From Lingula anatina (taxonomy: Eukaryota > Animalia > Brachiopoda), in contig CM120640.1 in NCBI GenBank assembly GCA_051362555.1, forward strand, positions 46,292,788-46,356,787: a stretch of 64,000 nucleotides of DNA, written 5' to 3'. The position numbers and the translations under genes are program-made. The notes beneath the pieces were generated by a model, which was given only the letters and a program-made list of their open reading frames with translations, was not told the origin of the DNA and did not search any database. Below, piece by piece: positions 1-14,100 of this stretch (positions are counted from its first letter, which is position 1; each line of letters begins with the position of its first letter).

Positions 1-1150
1 AACTACCATATGAGATATCCGCTAAAAGCCTCCTTAACATCTGAAAGAGAGCCAACATTCAGTAACTATATCTTAATAGCTCCTATTCGTCGTCCTTTCA
101 GCCACTCTTAAAGTTAAAAGCCAAAGACATGCAGTTTCATGGAAAAAGGTATAAGAGGCGCCTATACACAGGTACTTAACTGTGCTTATGACTCACTCTT
201 GTAGGCAGATCCTTAATCAAATCCAATAGAACGTATCTTCGTTCCAAGAATATATAACTCAAATAAGGACGCTAAGCTTTATCGCAAGCAGTCAGATTCA
301 AAAGTAATGTGCCGTAGCATCACACCGAGCTTGGATTAACCATTGATGCGGTGTTCAATAGATTCTAGAGTACATGCCGTGGTTGTACAGGAAACGAATG
401 AGAAGAAAAAGGTGGGTGCCTAAGAAATTATTCAAGAATGCTAGGTCTGCCAAAACATTTAGATAACGCAAAATTCTACACGAGCAAGCTTGCGTTAGTA
501 TTTAAAATAGCATCATCACCAATCTGAATATTTTCTGACGTATGGATGAACCTGGTATGAAAAATGTGAGAGGAACCTTGCCATTAAGGCATTGTAATTA
601 TTTTCCAGTAACAGATCTAAAAAAACCGCAACAATTCGTATTGACTTACATGTAGCATAGTCCCCTGTATTTGTCACGACATACGAACCCTCAGCATTTA
701 CAGTTTTTGTTTTTAACAATGCGTAACCGGATATTAAAAGTTTAGGTAAAGGTATGCTTTCTTGTCATTTAACTAGGTAGCATTATTGTTTCGTTTTACA
801 AGCACTTAGGCTAATAATGAATTATAGGAAATACTCTGAAGCTGTCATTCCTTACTTGTGTATACAAGTGAGTACGTAATGTGGGGTTCCGTGCACTGCT
901 CACCTATAAGAGAGTGCCAATGTTGTCACAAATCACATTTTTAACAAATCAGACATTTCCTGCTCAGATGACATTTGTAAATGGTGAATGTTTTGTAAAA
1001 GGAAAGGTCAAATTACGGAAGCATGAAAGGGTCACTAGCAAACCTGAGTATTATGGGTATCAAGTTTACACCTGGTGACCACTCAAACTTGACCCACTTC
1101 AGTGGTCATTAAAAATTAATCAATCAGTTGTAACCCTTATACCCTTCCGT
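1..1150 (-). mobile_element. Highly decayed non-LTR retrotransposon (LINE ORF2 RT) relic
   Basis: Minus-strand fragments in RT order: SPGVNLIP (~KAPGPDGIP), VAVFLDL (~FxDLxKA), APTFF (~LAPTLF), KYLC (~KYLG); many stops and frameshifts. Confidence 0.35.
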
Positions 1151-2425
1151 TTTAAATGGCGTATATGTTGTATTTAATCGTTTACAAACGTTGTTTTTGT
1201 TGGATCTGTAAACATGGTTGGTGCATATATAACATGTAAAGACTAGTAGGGATTTTGATTATTCAGTTTATCACCCAGCAAATTAATACAGTTGGGAACA
1301 TAGTCTGAATGAAAAGTCCAGGGGATGCGAGTCCCTATACGTACACGTAGATATTCAATGATCGTCATTAAGGAAACCTACATACAGGTAAACAGCTCTA
1401 ATCAGAAATAGTGTAAGGGCAGCTCTGCTCAATGGGAATTTATTGTATAATAAAGTGCTTTTTACGTCTTTAGGGCATTAAATAACATGCATGTCATTTG
1501 TACTGTCATAACAAATATAATGCATTGTGATAGGTAATGTATTTACTTTTTGTACAATCCTAAATTGATGAAATGGCAGCGTTCAATCTGTCATTACACG
1601 TCTTGCAGAAATCCTTTTAAACAGCTACAATAAATTATCAAATGATTGTACACAGGCATTTTACTAGGTTATATTTCACAATGGGTCTTGGAAACAGTTG
1701 TATGTTGTTATCTGTCGCAAATTCATTACGGTATTCATCATATCAAATGTTTATAAAAATGCTTCTATCCCTTAATACTAAGTGTATAGTTTCGGCACAA
1801 TAAAAGCCAATCATTAAATCAACACTTACAGTAACATGGATACAAAGTATCAGATGTCATAAGTGAATAACGTACCAAATATAGTAATTACGAACAAAGT
1901 CGCATGCACAGAGCTGTACATAAAATGAAATGTAAGGGTATTATGCTTTCGTGTCCAATATCTGGGTTTTGTCAGTCAATCTCGTATCCCAGCACGCTCT
2001 GTTATGCATGCGCTTTATACTCTGTATGCTGTCAAAGAGTTTGTATCTGTAAAAAGACAACAACTAACCAGGGCAGTTCTGCAATTCACAATTAATAATC
2101 CACCAGAGTTCTTTTAAATTGCTTTTTCTTACAATCGCTGTTATTATTAAACTCCCTTGTGAACTGAATGCATGCAAACAATAACTCTTTTAAGTCTATG
2201 TAAAAAGTCATAGTATTATGCTACTGGTTTTGTAAGATTGCATAATTGAGTTGATAGTTGACAATCCTAACAGGCAATCAATCTAATTTCATTGCTTCCA
2301 GGAATCGTTAATATGTTAGCTTATTGCGTTCTTCCTTTAGACACTGGGTGCCTTGAGTGAAGGATTTTAAGCGGTCATGAAGGTTAATTTCGATAATGCA
2401 ACGAATTGCCTTTCGATAATAGGTA

Positions 2426-2832
2426 TTTATGTCTCCTCCATCCCAGTGCATCACAAACTTGCATATTCCCGTTCATAGCAAAAGAGAATGCAACAAAGAC
2501 TATCGGGTGTTCGTGATTTGGCCAAACAAGGCCGCTTTTATTAAATAAACTCACTATCCTAATAATTTTAACAATAACATCATTATTTTTAGGATGATGA
2601 GTCTTAGTTAATATTTCATATTTAATCTTTATCCCTAAGGCCATAACATTTAATGCAGGCAACAATTTGCCACATTGTTATTATTGTTAAAATTATTAGG
2701 ATAGTGAGTTTATTTAATAAAAGCGGCCTTGTTTGGCCAAATCACGAACACCCGATAGTCTTTGTTGCATTCTCTTTTGCTATGAACGGGAATATGCAAG
2801 TTTGTGATGCACTGGGATGGAGGAGACATAAA
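2426..2832. repeat. Inverted repeat A: 152-bp arms (2426-2577 / 2681-2832), 103-bp spacer
   Basis: Arms read as reverse complements; ORFs 2384-2665(-) and 2653-3030(+) give the identical peptide IVKIIRIVSLFNK...GWRRHK. Confidence 0.93.
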
Positions 2833-3345
2833 GGAAAGTTTGGCGTAGTCAAACGATATTTTATGGCGACAACAATCTCCAGAGCTTATTTACGCACATG
2901 CGCATTCTGCACATGCGCAATTCTACCTAGAGGGGTGGTCCCAATTGAGGCACATGTTGCTACTTATACCAGGGGACGACACTGCCTGACCCATTTTGCG
3001 CTCATTCTGTTGTCGCGCACGATACGTTGAAGCTACAAGTTATCTCCGACTTTCAACTTAAACCTTCAGTTCAAAAAATTTCACCCACCGATGAAATTTT
3101 TTGAACTGAAGGTTTAAGTTGAAAGTCGGAGATAACTTGTAGCTTCAACGTATCGTGCGCGACAACAGAATGAGCGCAAAATGGGTCAGGCAGTGTCGTC
3201 CCCTGGTATAAGTAGCAACATGTGCCTCAATTGGGACCACCCCTCTAGGTAGAATTGCGCATGTGCAGAATGCGCATGTGCGTAAATAAGCTCTGGAGAT
3301 TGTTGTCGCCATAAAATATCGTTTGACTACGCCAAACTTTCCTTT
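2830..3345. repeat. Palindrome B: 254-bp arms (2830-3083 / 3092-3345), 8-nt loop CCCACCGA; fold-back or MITE-like
   Basis: Direct reverse-complement match; ORFs 2653-3030(+) and 3145-3357(-) share KGKFGVVKRY...LSRTIR. Confidence 0.93.
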
Positions 3346-3779
3346 CCTTATTTTCATTCACTTAGAATTAATGTCGAAACAATGCCTGGTTATAAATGCC
3401 ATGCTGGTACATATTTATCTCTACGCAGTCTTGAAGGAATAACGATGGAATCAATTTTTCATTTAAAGAAACTTAATTGCCATAACAGTTAGTCTTATAG
3501 TTACAGGCGGGCAATGAAACGGGTATTTATTGGCGAGTATGTATAAAGGGGAGTCACGCCTTCAAAAGCTCTGATTATCTTTAATTCTGAGATAAATTGA
3601 CAACTTTTATTAAACGCTGCACCACTTGGCAGCATTAGAAAAGAAACAACAAACACAGACGCATCACATTGGTCTACTTTTACAAAACATCTTATGACTT
3701 TTCATATGATATCACAATACATTTCCAAATTGGACACACATTTATTTGATAACATGTGTATACAACCATCGACAATTAT

Positions 3780-4520
3780 AGGTGTAACGGACAAGGAAAA
3801 GGTCTGAAACGCATAGGGGTATGTTGTACTCATGTCCATCAAGTGCCACCAATATGTTCTGGAATTTGCTACACTCTTGGGTCAAAGCCTGGGTCACCTC
3901 CTGCCAATTGGTGCTGGATTTCTTATTTCATCTGCCTTTGTCGATTTGTCTTTTATACAGCTTTCTATTTTTAATAGCTTTTACATGGCTCTAACATGGT
4001 TTTTCCATGAATTCAATGTTGGTGGATGGAATTCCTCTCCGGAAAGGAAGTGAGTAGGATTGTACTGTGGCGTTGTAGGCGGGGCGTGCTCTGGAGGAGT
4101 CCTTACCAAGTGCCGTTGCCGTTGACATTATATAGTTCCGCATTAGGCAGCATTGCTGCCCACAGCAACGAGTGCCCTGGATATTCTGTGAAAGCAAGCG
4201 TTGTCCAACAAGACAACATTCTCTTTCACGGCCATCACTAGGGTACACTTCGAGTTTTGACTTATCGACAAACACTGTATGATTCCAATGTTCCACTGTA
4301 AGGTTCCGGTTGTACTTGCATAACCGAACACATTCTTTTACTTGGGCGAACTCCCTGTCGTTAAGTGAACTTTAGTTTCTTGGTCATTCTTCTAACGCTT
4401 TATCCATGTCGAAGTAATCAACAGTTTGACCGTATCTCTGGAAATACGGGCCAAATTTTGTTCGCGTAGTTCTGCGTCAGTGACTATGGCAGAGTTTCCC
4501 CTTTTCAAGTTGTTTAAAGC
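3780..4520 (-). mobile_element. Tc1/mariner transposase relic
   Basis: WNHTVFVDKSKLEVYPSDGRER resembles the Tc1 W..VLFSDESRF.L...DGR motif; downstream NWQEVTQALTQE resembles the Tc1 C-terminal helix; no TIRs found. Confidence 0.55.
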
Positions 4521-5889
4521 ACAGCTGTTTCAAACAACACAACACACAGCCAATCCAGATGTTTGTGTTGTAGGGTATACCTGTAATTTGACAAGGGGCT
4601 AAACTGTCGGTGGCAGTTCCCCTCCGGCGAACCTATCAGGCCAACTGGCGTATTGGATTTAGTAGTGACGGTTTATCCAAATGCGAACATATTTTGATAG
4701 ACGCAACGCAATACGTGTATAATATATAAATGCACAGTTTTTCATTCCCACAGTGATGTTCAGCTTATAGATTATGGAAATGCTTATGTGTAATATCTCT
4801 CACAGTTTGAATTATGCTGATAACTTATTTCTTATTTAGCCATAAAGATTTAGCTCTGCTATTTAAACTATACACGAGCATGCCGTTACAAACTCCATTA
4901 GTTATTAGACCAGACTTTCACACAATTATCTTAATTTTGAAGGCCAGTGTGCGTTAGGTCCACTTAGATAATGAAAGCGACCGTTGTGTGTATAGAGACC
5001 AACATAAGTATGGGTCATCGAACATGGTTGCATAAAGAAAGCCTTTTAAGCTGGGGTAGGATTCCAGCGTATTGCAAGATGACTCCGACCATTTCTCATT
5101 AATTTTGAACAAAGCAGTGCTTACCTGGAGCGACATTCTAAGATGTAGGTAATTTCTACTTTTTTCCTATGCTTTCCTAGAAAAATGCCGCGTCACACAT
5201 CACACAAGCCCTAGTCTATGTCTGAACCTTCTTGCATACAATAAAATATTGATATCGCTGGTTGTTGAATGATTATGGTCGTGATATTGTCAACGATGAA
5301 ACTTATGCAAAATTTTGTTTCAGAAATGAATAAATAAACATGACACAATTGTTGCATTAGTTCAAATAAAAAATGACGTCACGTGTATTTGAGAAATAGT
5401 TAAACTTTTCCACTTGATCTCCACTTGGTGGGCTGATAATTTCTTAATTTCATAAAAATGCTGTAATTGAGGAAAATAAACTTTTTTCAACACGTATGAA
5501 ATCGTGCTACAAATTTTAATGAATTGTAGAAATGAAAACTCCCTCTGACCAAATGATCATCATTCACTATGAGACACGTTTCTATTATATATATTTCTAA
5601 TGTCACTTCACAAACTAAATCACACATTATACATAACAAACGTATAATTCAAGTGAATCCCACCGTCAATCAATACATGTACATTTATATCCTAGCATCC
5701 ATATTATTTGGATTTCATATACGCAAATTTTGAATCGATATAGTTTAGATGATTGATATATACTGCTGTCAGAACCAGTTAGACAATGGTATGTTTAGAT
5801 ATAGGTCATGACTTTTTGACGTCCAAAAATAATGCAAACGCTTTAGCTTGCAAATTAATGTTAACTATGCATCCAGGTTCTAAGGATCA

Positions 5890-6570
5890 TAAGGTTAAAA
5901 TCAAATTGATGAGGGAATTAGATTGGTTCAAGATACAATTTAAAGTCTGTAGCAAGCTAAAAAGGTATTCGGGCATTGCACATCTTCCGAAAGTAACACA
6001 AAAGTTGTCAAATTCCCATACGAGTAATTGCTTGATAGTCGCCAACCAAAGTTGAAAGTATGTGCAATGTGTATGTGCAATGTGTCTATGCAAAGCTTTA
6101 CGTGCCCATCAGGTTAAATTTATGTAAAGTCACATACAGTGTATGTTGAAACTAGGTAAAAGAGCATCCAAATAGCTGGATCTCGATTACTGTTATCCAA
6201 ACATATTCCTGTACCTCATAAAACCACAATTTGATTAAGATCCCTAACAACGTCTATCTGGACAGTCTTATACCTATAGTTGATTCAATTGCAGAAGCTA
6301 AAAAAACAAAGAATTACAAAGGGGAAAACATCCACTCTGTTTTGAACATAAGACACCCATCTAAAAATTGAACACGAACCCGCCGATTTGACTTGTCACA
6401 AAGCTTTTCATTTAACTGTGGTTTGTGCATATTTAACGAGTGGGCAGTTGTTGTTAAGGAAACGCAAGGAAGCTCTATAAAGTTTTTGAGAATGGTTTCT
6501 TCTTTTATCCTCGTATTCATATAGAGACAAAGAGACATAGACACACGTTCGTCATTGATCCCATGGCTTC
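5890..6570 (-). mobile_element. Possible Penelope-like RT relic
   Basis: Weak ordered similarity: LYMNTRIKEETI (~SLYTNIxIxETI), VQFLDG...FSPL (~FxF...GSPL), HRHIAHTHCTYF (~YRKPTHTxxYL). Confidence 0.3.
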
Positions 6571-7702
6571 TGCAACTTGGCGGAAGGAAACGAAAGTGGT
6601 TGTTAAGACTATTTTTACAGCTAAGGCTAGAAGTAACTCGAAACGTGTGGCAGCCTGAGTGTGTTCTGGTCCTATGTATATATTAAATGTAATATGTATT
6701 TACTAGATATTTTGTGCATAAACATCTTCTATGACTAACAGCAAAAAAACTCTTGCCATTATACTTAATATAGTTTGTCATCAGCTGGAGTTCATAATTG
6801 TAAGATACATCGAGACAAAGATAAATGGAAGTTATTACGTTTTAATCAGTGTATTATGGTTGTACCGCATGAAACGGTGAGTAATATTTTCAGTACAATT
6901 TGCCCAATATCCGACATCCCACCATTACATAACGAACGTGTGTAAAGATACTTCATACTATATTACAACTTCATGGGATACTGGTAAGCATTACTACTTC
7001 ATGATAGATTTATTGGTTAAAAAATAAGAACCCTCAGGCTACTTCCCGCTTTTTACCACTTCATGGGACATCTGTGTCCAAACATATGATAGTATAATCC
7101 ATTCTTGCAGTTTTAGATATAATAGTAATTATTTTAATCATGGAAATTAATCTTTTCAGAGTGACACGCGACTTAATCAAGGCGATTGAAGTATACGATT
7201 ATGTACCTTAACGGCTTCTTTTTTATCCTTATATTTATTCACCTAATAACCCAATCTCTGTATGATCCTCCCTTTCAGAAATCCTGGATCCATACCTTCA
7301 TATGCCTGAATATTTTATAATTGCTCAGGACACACACACCCAACAGCACTTATCTTTATAAATAAATCCTTTCAGTCATGCATGTTTGTACATATAATCA
7401 AAACACGATTTTTTAAAAGAAATAAATATATAATATTATCTTTATCTAGGGCCTGCAATAGGGACTTTCTCACCATTATCCCATGAAGCTGCAGGCAATA
7501 TCTCATTTGGAGATGAAGTCGCATTTTATCCTATAAAGTAGATTTGTCAGTAAAATAAGGACACTTATCCCTTGAAGTGGTATTATACCATGAAGTTTCT
7601 TAATATTATGTTGCATACCTGACGGTTGTGTTTGGATTAAGAATGACTTAATCCCACATGTTAAATAGCAAAGTGCACCTAAAATCGATATTTTTCTTTA
7701 AA

Positions 7703-7757
7703 GAAGGGTTATATTTTAGCCAATTTGTTTAACGAAGGGTTATATTTTAGCCAATTT
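7703..7757 (+). repeat. 24-bp direct repeat GAAGGGTTATATTTTAGCCAATTT x2
   Basis: Copies at 7703-7726 and 7734-7757, ~450 bp upstream of the GPCR ATG. Confidence 0.85.
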
Positions 7758-8185
7758 TAATTATACTGAAGTATTCATAAGGGATGATTAAGTTGACTTT
7801 GGTGTTATCCCCACTTATCTTCCAGGTAGTTGCTTACAAAATGGTTTTTCAACATTAGATGCATAATTTCACTTGTTTTATTATGTTAGCAGTATGGGTA
7901 GCTGATATATATATGATACCATATGATCTATTGCGGCATAAGCTAGAAAAGCACGTGGGATCAGTTACTCAAACCTCATTGGCGGATTATTTCCGCACGT
8001 GTGATCATCGTGTTGTTCATCTCTGCGTCCTATTGTTATTTCAGAATCTCAGACCAAATGCGCAACAAGTCTTGAACTCGGAAGTGATTTTAGTACGTGG
8101 TTGCTACTTTGTGAACCCCGAGGAGGCTGGTACTTAAGATAGAACGACAACCAGGGGGCAAGCCAGAGTAATAAATTCACGGCTT

Positions 8186-11100
8186 ATGACAAACACTGGA
8201 AAGCAAGGAGTTCCGACACGTGTCGCCATGTCGCAGCAACATAGTCATGAAGGTGTGATGAACATGGACGTGTGTGCGACTGCATTTACCTTCGAATTTT
8301 CTCCTGGTGCAGGCCCCAATTCCAGCACAATGGTCGTCAGTGCTCCATTGGACCCAGCAGACTTTTCGGCTCTGATGGTGACTATAATGCTTAGTTTTAT
8401 TGTGGGCATCATGGGCAATAGCTTAGCGCTAGGAGTTTTGTACAAAATGCGCTCTAATCATTCCGAAATGAGAAAATCTGTATTTTACGTCCTAGTGGAG
8501 GGACTGGTGTGGACAGACCTGCTTGGAATTCTCCTTACAGCCCCGATAACTATCATTACATACGTGATGTACCCAACAAAATGGCTGTGTGCTCATCCGC
8601 ACATTTGTAAATTTGGAGCCTTTGCTGGAGCATTGTTTGGGATTGTGACTCCGTTGATCATATGCGCAATGGCAATTGAACGGTTATTTTCTATTAACTA
8701 TCCATACACATTTTCAGTTTCGTTTACACAATCCAAGGCAAAACTTTCGTTAATAGCATGTTGGGGTGTTGGGCTATTTGTTGCATCCCTACCTTTGATG
8801 GGGTTTGGGAAGTACGAGTTGCAATATCCACACATGTGGTGTTTCCTGAACTGGCACGCAGAAACACCACTAGACACAGCCTATGCGCTGACCTACGCGT
8901 CTATCAACGTCCTGACTATGTTAACCCTTGTCGTGTCAAGCGTTACTGTGATAGTGACATTGCTAAAGATGCGCACCTATCGTCGATCAAGTGTAGGAAG
9001 CACACGGCAGTTTTCGATTTTAAAAAACCCTGATGTCGCTCAAAAACAGAGAGAGGTGGAGCTGCAAATGGTCTGGTTCCTAGTCGGGATAATGTTCGTG
9101 TACGTGGTATGCTGGTCCCCACTGATTGTAAGTATGAGCATAGTATTTATTTTGAAAATATTCATTAGTAACATCATATTAAAATGTTTGCTTGTGTAAA
9201 TACTCCGGCCCAAAGCTGGGGTGATTGACCAACGTCGAACATCTTGCCACTGTTGAAACCAGTTTAAGGACTTAATTGAGGGAAGAGGATTAAATACTAA
9301 AATGTTAATATGGTCAAGCAAAAAAAATAATAAAAATAAGCCAAAAAAAAAAAAAAAAGAATCCAGAGGCGAGTTGATCTGCCATATTTAAATTAGTGTA
9401 ATTTGGGAAAACGTTAAGTGCATGAAACATATTTCCATGGGGCTTTTTGGAAAGGTAGACCCAATTACTTTTGAAAAGGGATGACTCTTCCTAACTATCC
9501 CTGTGGTGTCTATTCGTAGTTTAATTAAATGATATTCTAAACCTATATATAACGTTTAACTAAACCTATAAATACAAACATACAATTTCCTCAAATACCC
9601 AATAATGCATCATATTCTCATCAACAGATGCTGAGTTAATATCCGATAGCATTTGCATAATACAAAACTGTCAACACAGAAACAACCGCATTTACAGTAA
9701 CTGCAATTTTGGTTAATTGGATCTGGCAGAGAAGGTGACATTGATTAATATAGATCAACATACGTACAATTCTCTCTCTCTCTCTTTCTCAATGATTTTA
9801 TTTAATTCCGCAACTTCTATCTATTATTTCAAATGAAGAACTTTATTGTAAACAAACGCACCACTATGTGAATGGTAATTAGTAAAAAATGTGACTCCGT
9901 TGATCATATGCGCGATGGCAATTGAGCGGCTATTTTCTATTAACTATCCATACACATTTTCAGTTTCGTTTACACAATCCAATTGTTTTCTTAGTTTCAT
10001 TATTCTGGATAAGTCTCTAGTAATTAATTATGAAATTTTTTTTTTCGTCATAACAACTACTAAAAATGTAATGGATACTCTTTCCTCTGGGGCATTGCAA
10101 AAAGGACAATTTTTGTGGGATGTACATTATACATGTTGTAACTTTATTATTAGTTCGGGCGCACTTATTCTAGCCACTGCTGCAAACTTTGAGAAGTATT
10201 ATATTTTCAGTGGGATACTTTCACCATTCCGTGCATGCGCAGTTCTTCCTGAAACAGCATATCTTCATTCCTCATAGTTTTTAAACTTACCCGGTATTTT
10301 CCCCACTTAATTGGCATAAAAAATCAATTTCTAATAGGAATTACTAAATCTCAACAAAGCCTGTAGTCTATAGTAAATTTACATCTATTTTTGTCCTTGG
10401 CTGATTAAACGATTGGAACTTAAGTTAAAGAAACATAAGACATAAACAATGACCTTCGGTAGCAAAGGGACAATTCATCCTGAAAATCCATTTAATGTTC
10501 TTGTAAAGCAATATATACAGTATGCAACTAGGAGTACGATTTTCTCGTGCTGAAATATGTAACAATTCCCTGGAAAATCTTGAAGAGAGTGCAAAGCAAG
10601 CCTAATGAAAAACTACAAATAAATGGCCCTGTTCTCGCCTTTGTGAAAGATATATCATTGGAACTTATTATTTATTCTAAATTACCCAACACTTGTGATA
10701 TGTGGCACCACCTAAAATTAAATGACCGCCCCCTCCTGCCAAATTCGGTGCAGTTACCAACAATTGAGTGTTCGTTCTAGAGCATCAGATCCCGTTGGGA
10801 TTTGAATATTGGGGCATTTTCTTCTTCATATTGGTATTCAACTAAGTATTATTGAGCTTTTGGCAGCATTATAGATATATCAGATACATTTCTGATGAAA
10901 AGGGCTATTATTTTATATTCAGTCTGTATTTGGGAAGACAGAATACCTGTCAAGTGGTACAAATGGGATATTAAACTCGGTACATGTGCCATACAAGCGA
11001 AAACGTCAGTGTACAATGTAACTACAACGTGAAATGGTCACTGATTTGAATGGAAACAATTTGCCTGGTTTTACTCTCAAGTTTGTGTAATTCAGTGCCA

Positions 11101-14100
11101 GTGGCACAAGGTTGTCTCATACACCTTTTTTTAAAAATCATATTGACGTATTGAAGCACGGCATCTGTTTGGATGAAACTATATGTTATATTAATATAAT
11201 TTTATATCATATCTCTGTATGAAATAATAAAATTATACATAAAATTAACTTATTTTAGAGATAAAGAAACATCACGTCCCTTTCAAGTACGTTGGTAATC
11301 CCCCATGGCACCTATAAGATTCAACATTCTTAGACGTCACTGTTGAATAACAGTTTTATAGAAGCACATGTCTGCACCTGGTGTTATTCCAATTATTGTC
11401 ACTGCAGGTAACCACACGTCCCTTCCCTGGGACAGTGGCTATCTCCCAGGGAAATTAAGACTACTTATCAAGATAATCGACCCCTTATTACTGAAGGGAT
11501 TTGACTTACGTAATTGTTGCCACCCCTTTTAGAACACGTTCCTTGACACCTGCAAAAATATGCAACGGCTGCAAACATTGCAGATAACAACAGGAGTACG
11601 GCTATTTCTCTGTAACTTGGCCATGAGGGAGAAACAGTAGGTTATGAAGTAATTGAATGTCTGGCAAAGAACTTCCGACTTCATTCTCTGCTCTGAACGA
11701 AGTGTTGTGATGTGATGAAATCTAGGCAATCCAAATACCAGCTAATCTCAAGGGCATTTGAAAGCAAAACCGCAACAAAGAAAAAAAAACTTCACTGCAG
11801 CGATTCCATTTAAAAATTGCTTTAAGGGTGAATTGATAGCTCTTTTCGTGATTCAGTGTGGGGTAAACAGGATTTCATTAACGTACATTTTCACCAGCCC
11901 AGTGGGTTTTTAAAAAAACACATTGTTTATTGGTAAGGGGTACGATCGGTTTCTTGTTCCAGTTGTTGCTTTTCAGCTGTTAATGCCAAAGCAAATATCC
12001 ATTAATTTGCTATTAGCCATTTCCGTTTTCTCCTTTAATACATTTCAACCTTCATCACCTATTCTGTTGAAAGTATTCTCCTCCCAAAAATAATAACATT
12101 TCGTGTCGTACTTATTACATGCACCCAGCGCGGCAGGTGGAACCCGCTGCTACGATCGCCTGAGAGATTTGAGATTTAGCAGACAAGGCCCGAAACCAAA
12201 AGTCTTAAGCTGACAAATATTCAAGGACACTTACATGTATGAAACTTAATATCCAAGGACATGTACATTGAAGGTCTAAAACTAACATCAATATGCATAA
12301 GTGGTATCAAAGATGTAAAATGTTGTGTCTGGTATGATGGATGCATTTACCATGAAACGATGAACATCTTTGTTCGTTGTATTTTGATTAATTTGCATAT
12401 TGCGCATTGCATTTACACTAGTGTCTTCCAATTGAGTATTTTTATGATTGGAATTCTAAAAGCAGACTTGTCTTAGTTCACATATTCTAGCTGTGACATT
12501 GTTTTGCTCTCAGTATGGCTTTCCACGAACGTGTCTGTCTGCCCGTCGTCTGCCCCCTGCTCTTCGGTGTGTCTCTTTCTCTCCAAATTTCTATTTTGCA
12601 ATTCAAGGAAGTTTTTTTCTCCACATATTTCCCTGAAGATTTCTATTCTGAAGGTCGCTGATATTTCGTGTAGATTGATAAGGCGCTGTGGAATGTATCT
12701 CTTTCACAAGTGGGGGGATGCATCACCTACATTAATTATCCAACGTGACCGCATTCTTGCGATCTTTATATTTGACGACATGAAGTTTCCGATGGTACAG
12801 TTCTTCTTTTGCAAAAGTTCACCGTGACATTTTCCAATCAAAACTCCCACAAAATAAGGTATCATGCTTGAGTTGTGGGGATAATCATGTTATTTTGACT
12901 CTGAAATATTTGTTAAATTATTTTCTCGAAGACTGAACTGAATCTGGAGTGCAAAAGAAAGGTTGTACAAAATCCAAACTTTGTGTAAACGTAACTATAA
13001 CTACAAGCAGCGACAAGCTTACATTTACAGAAGCCCTCTCAAAGCAGAAAGTTACAAATGTTATATTGTTTTATTGGAGATTGCTTATTCTCCAACGCAA
13101 AAAATGCCTGCTTTTTATTAGAACACTAGAAAATGATCTTAAAAGCAACGAGAAGCTTATTTTAGTAGAAAAAGCAACCGACTTAATGTAAGTAGGGGTG
13201 GCAATAATGATAGAATTGCAAATCTGTAGGTTTCATAACTGATGCTTAATTTTCCAATCCAGGGCTCATCATCACATGTACAGTACCTTAACATTTAGCT
13301 CATTTATTTGAAAGAATGGCAAACTAACTCAACCTGCTGTCCATTATCATGTCTTTGTCCATGTCTCTTTATGGCCGATGGTCCACCACCATTAATGTCA
13401 TTTTGACAAAGTCATTACAATGAATTCCGTCTGGTCTTAGGGGCAATTAGTTTGTGATTGCTCTTTAAATTGAGTCATTCGTAATCATTAAAGACCATCA
13501 AATTTCAACCAAAAACATGAAGAGCTTTTATTAATTAAGTTGTTTACTTATGATAACGGGAGCATGGGCGGCAATCAAATCATTTTAGTAAACATGCATG
13601 TCGATTAACTGTAGTGCGTGACCACATGACGACAGAACTACTGCGTCAGACAGTTGGGTAACGGTAGAGGTCTGGCAAGTGCTGGGGCATAAATGTCAAG
13701 CAGATTAAGCCATGCATGCAAATGAAACCATACAGCGCTACATGACTTTCTTGGGAAGGACAGTATCGAGGGATGCAGAAGAAGACGACATATACTTAAC
13801 TGCCCATTAACCCCAAATAAATATCTGATTTTATTAAATGCATCCTTGAATGTGCCCAGTCACCATGCTAATTCTGCAATTACAGACTAAAAGATTTCCA
13901 TGTTACTTGCACCGTACTAATAATCCCTTTTATCCTGTCGTTTCAGATTCAAATAATTGCTAATTCCACAGTCAGAACGAAGAACTACGACTTAGACGTG
14001 GTTGCAATCCGTCTTGCTTGCTTGAATCAAATTCTCGACCCATGGGTATACATTTTGTTACGCAGGCGCTGTGTCAGGAAAAGCATTTCCATCATCTTGA

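Noticed and set aside
2384-3357. Three ORFs sharing identical peptides
   Set aside because: By-product of the inverted repeats; no protein motif.
9128-9199. ORF read-through giving a 337-aa six-TM receptor
   Set aside because: Strong GTAAGT donor at 9128 and an in-phase TM7 exon at 13947 explain it as intron.
12500-12780. Possible decayed HINE in the GPCR intron
   Set aside because: Only a GTCT-type patch; termini not demonstrable.
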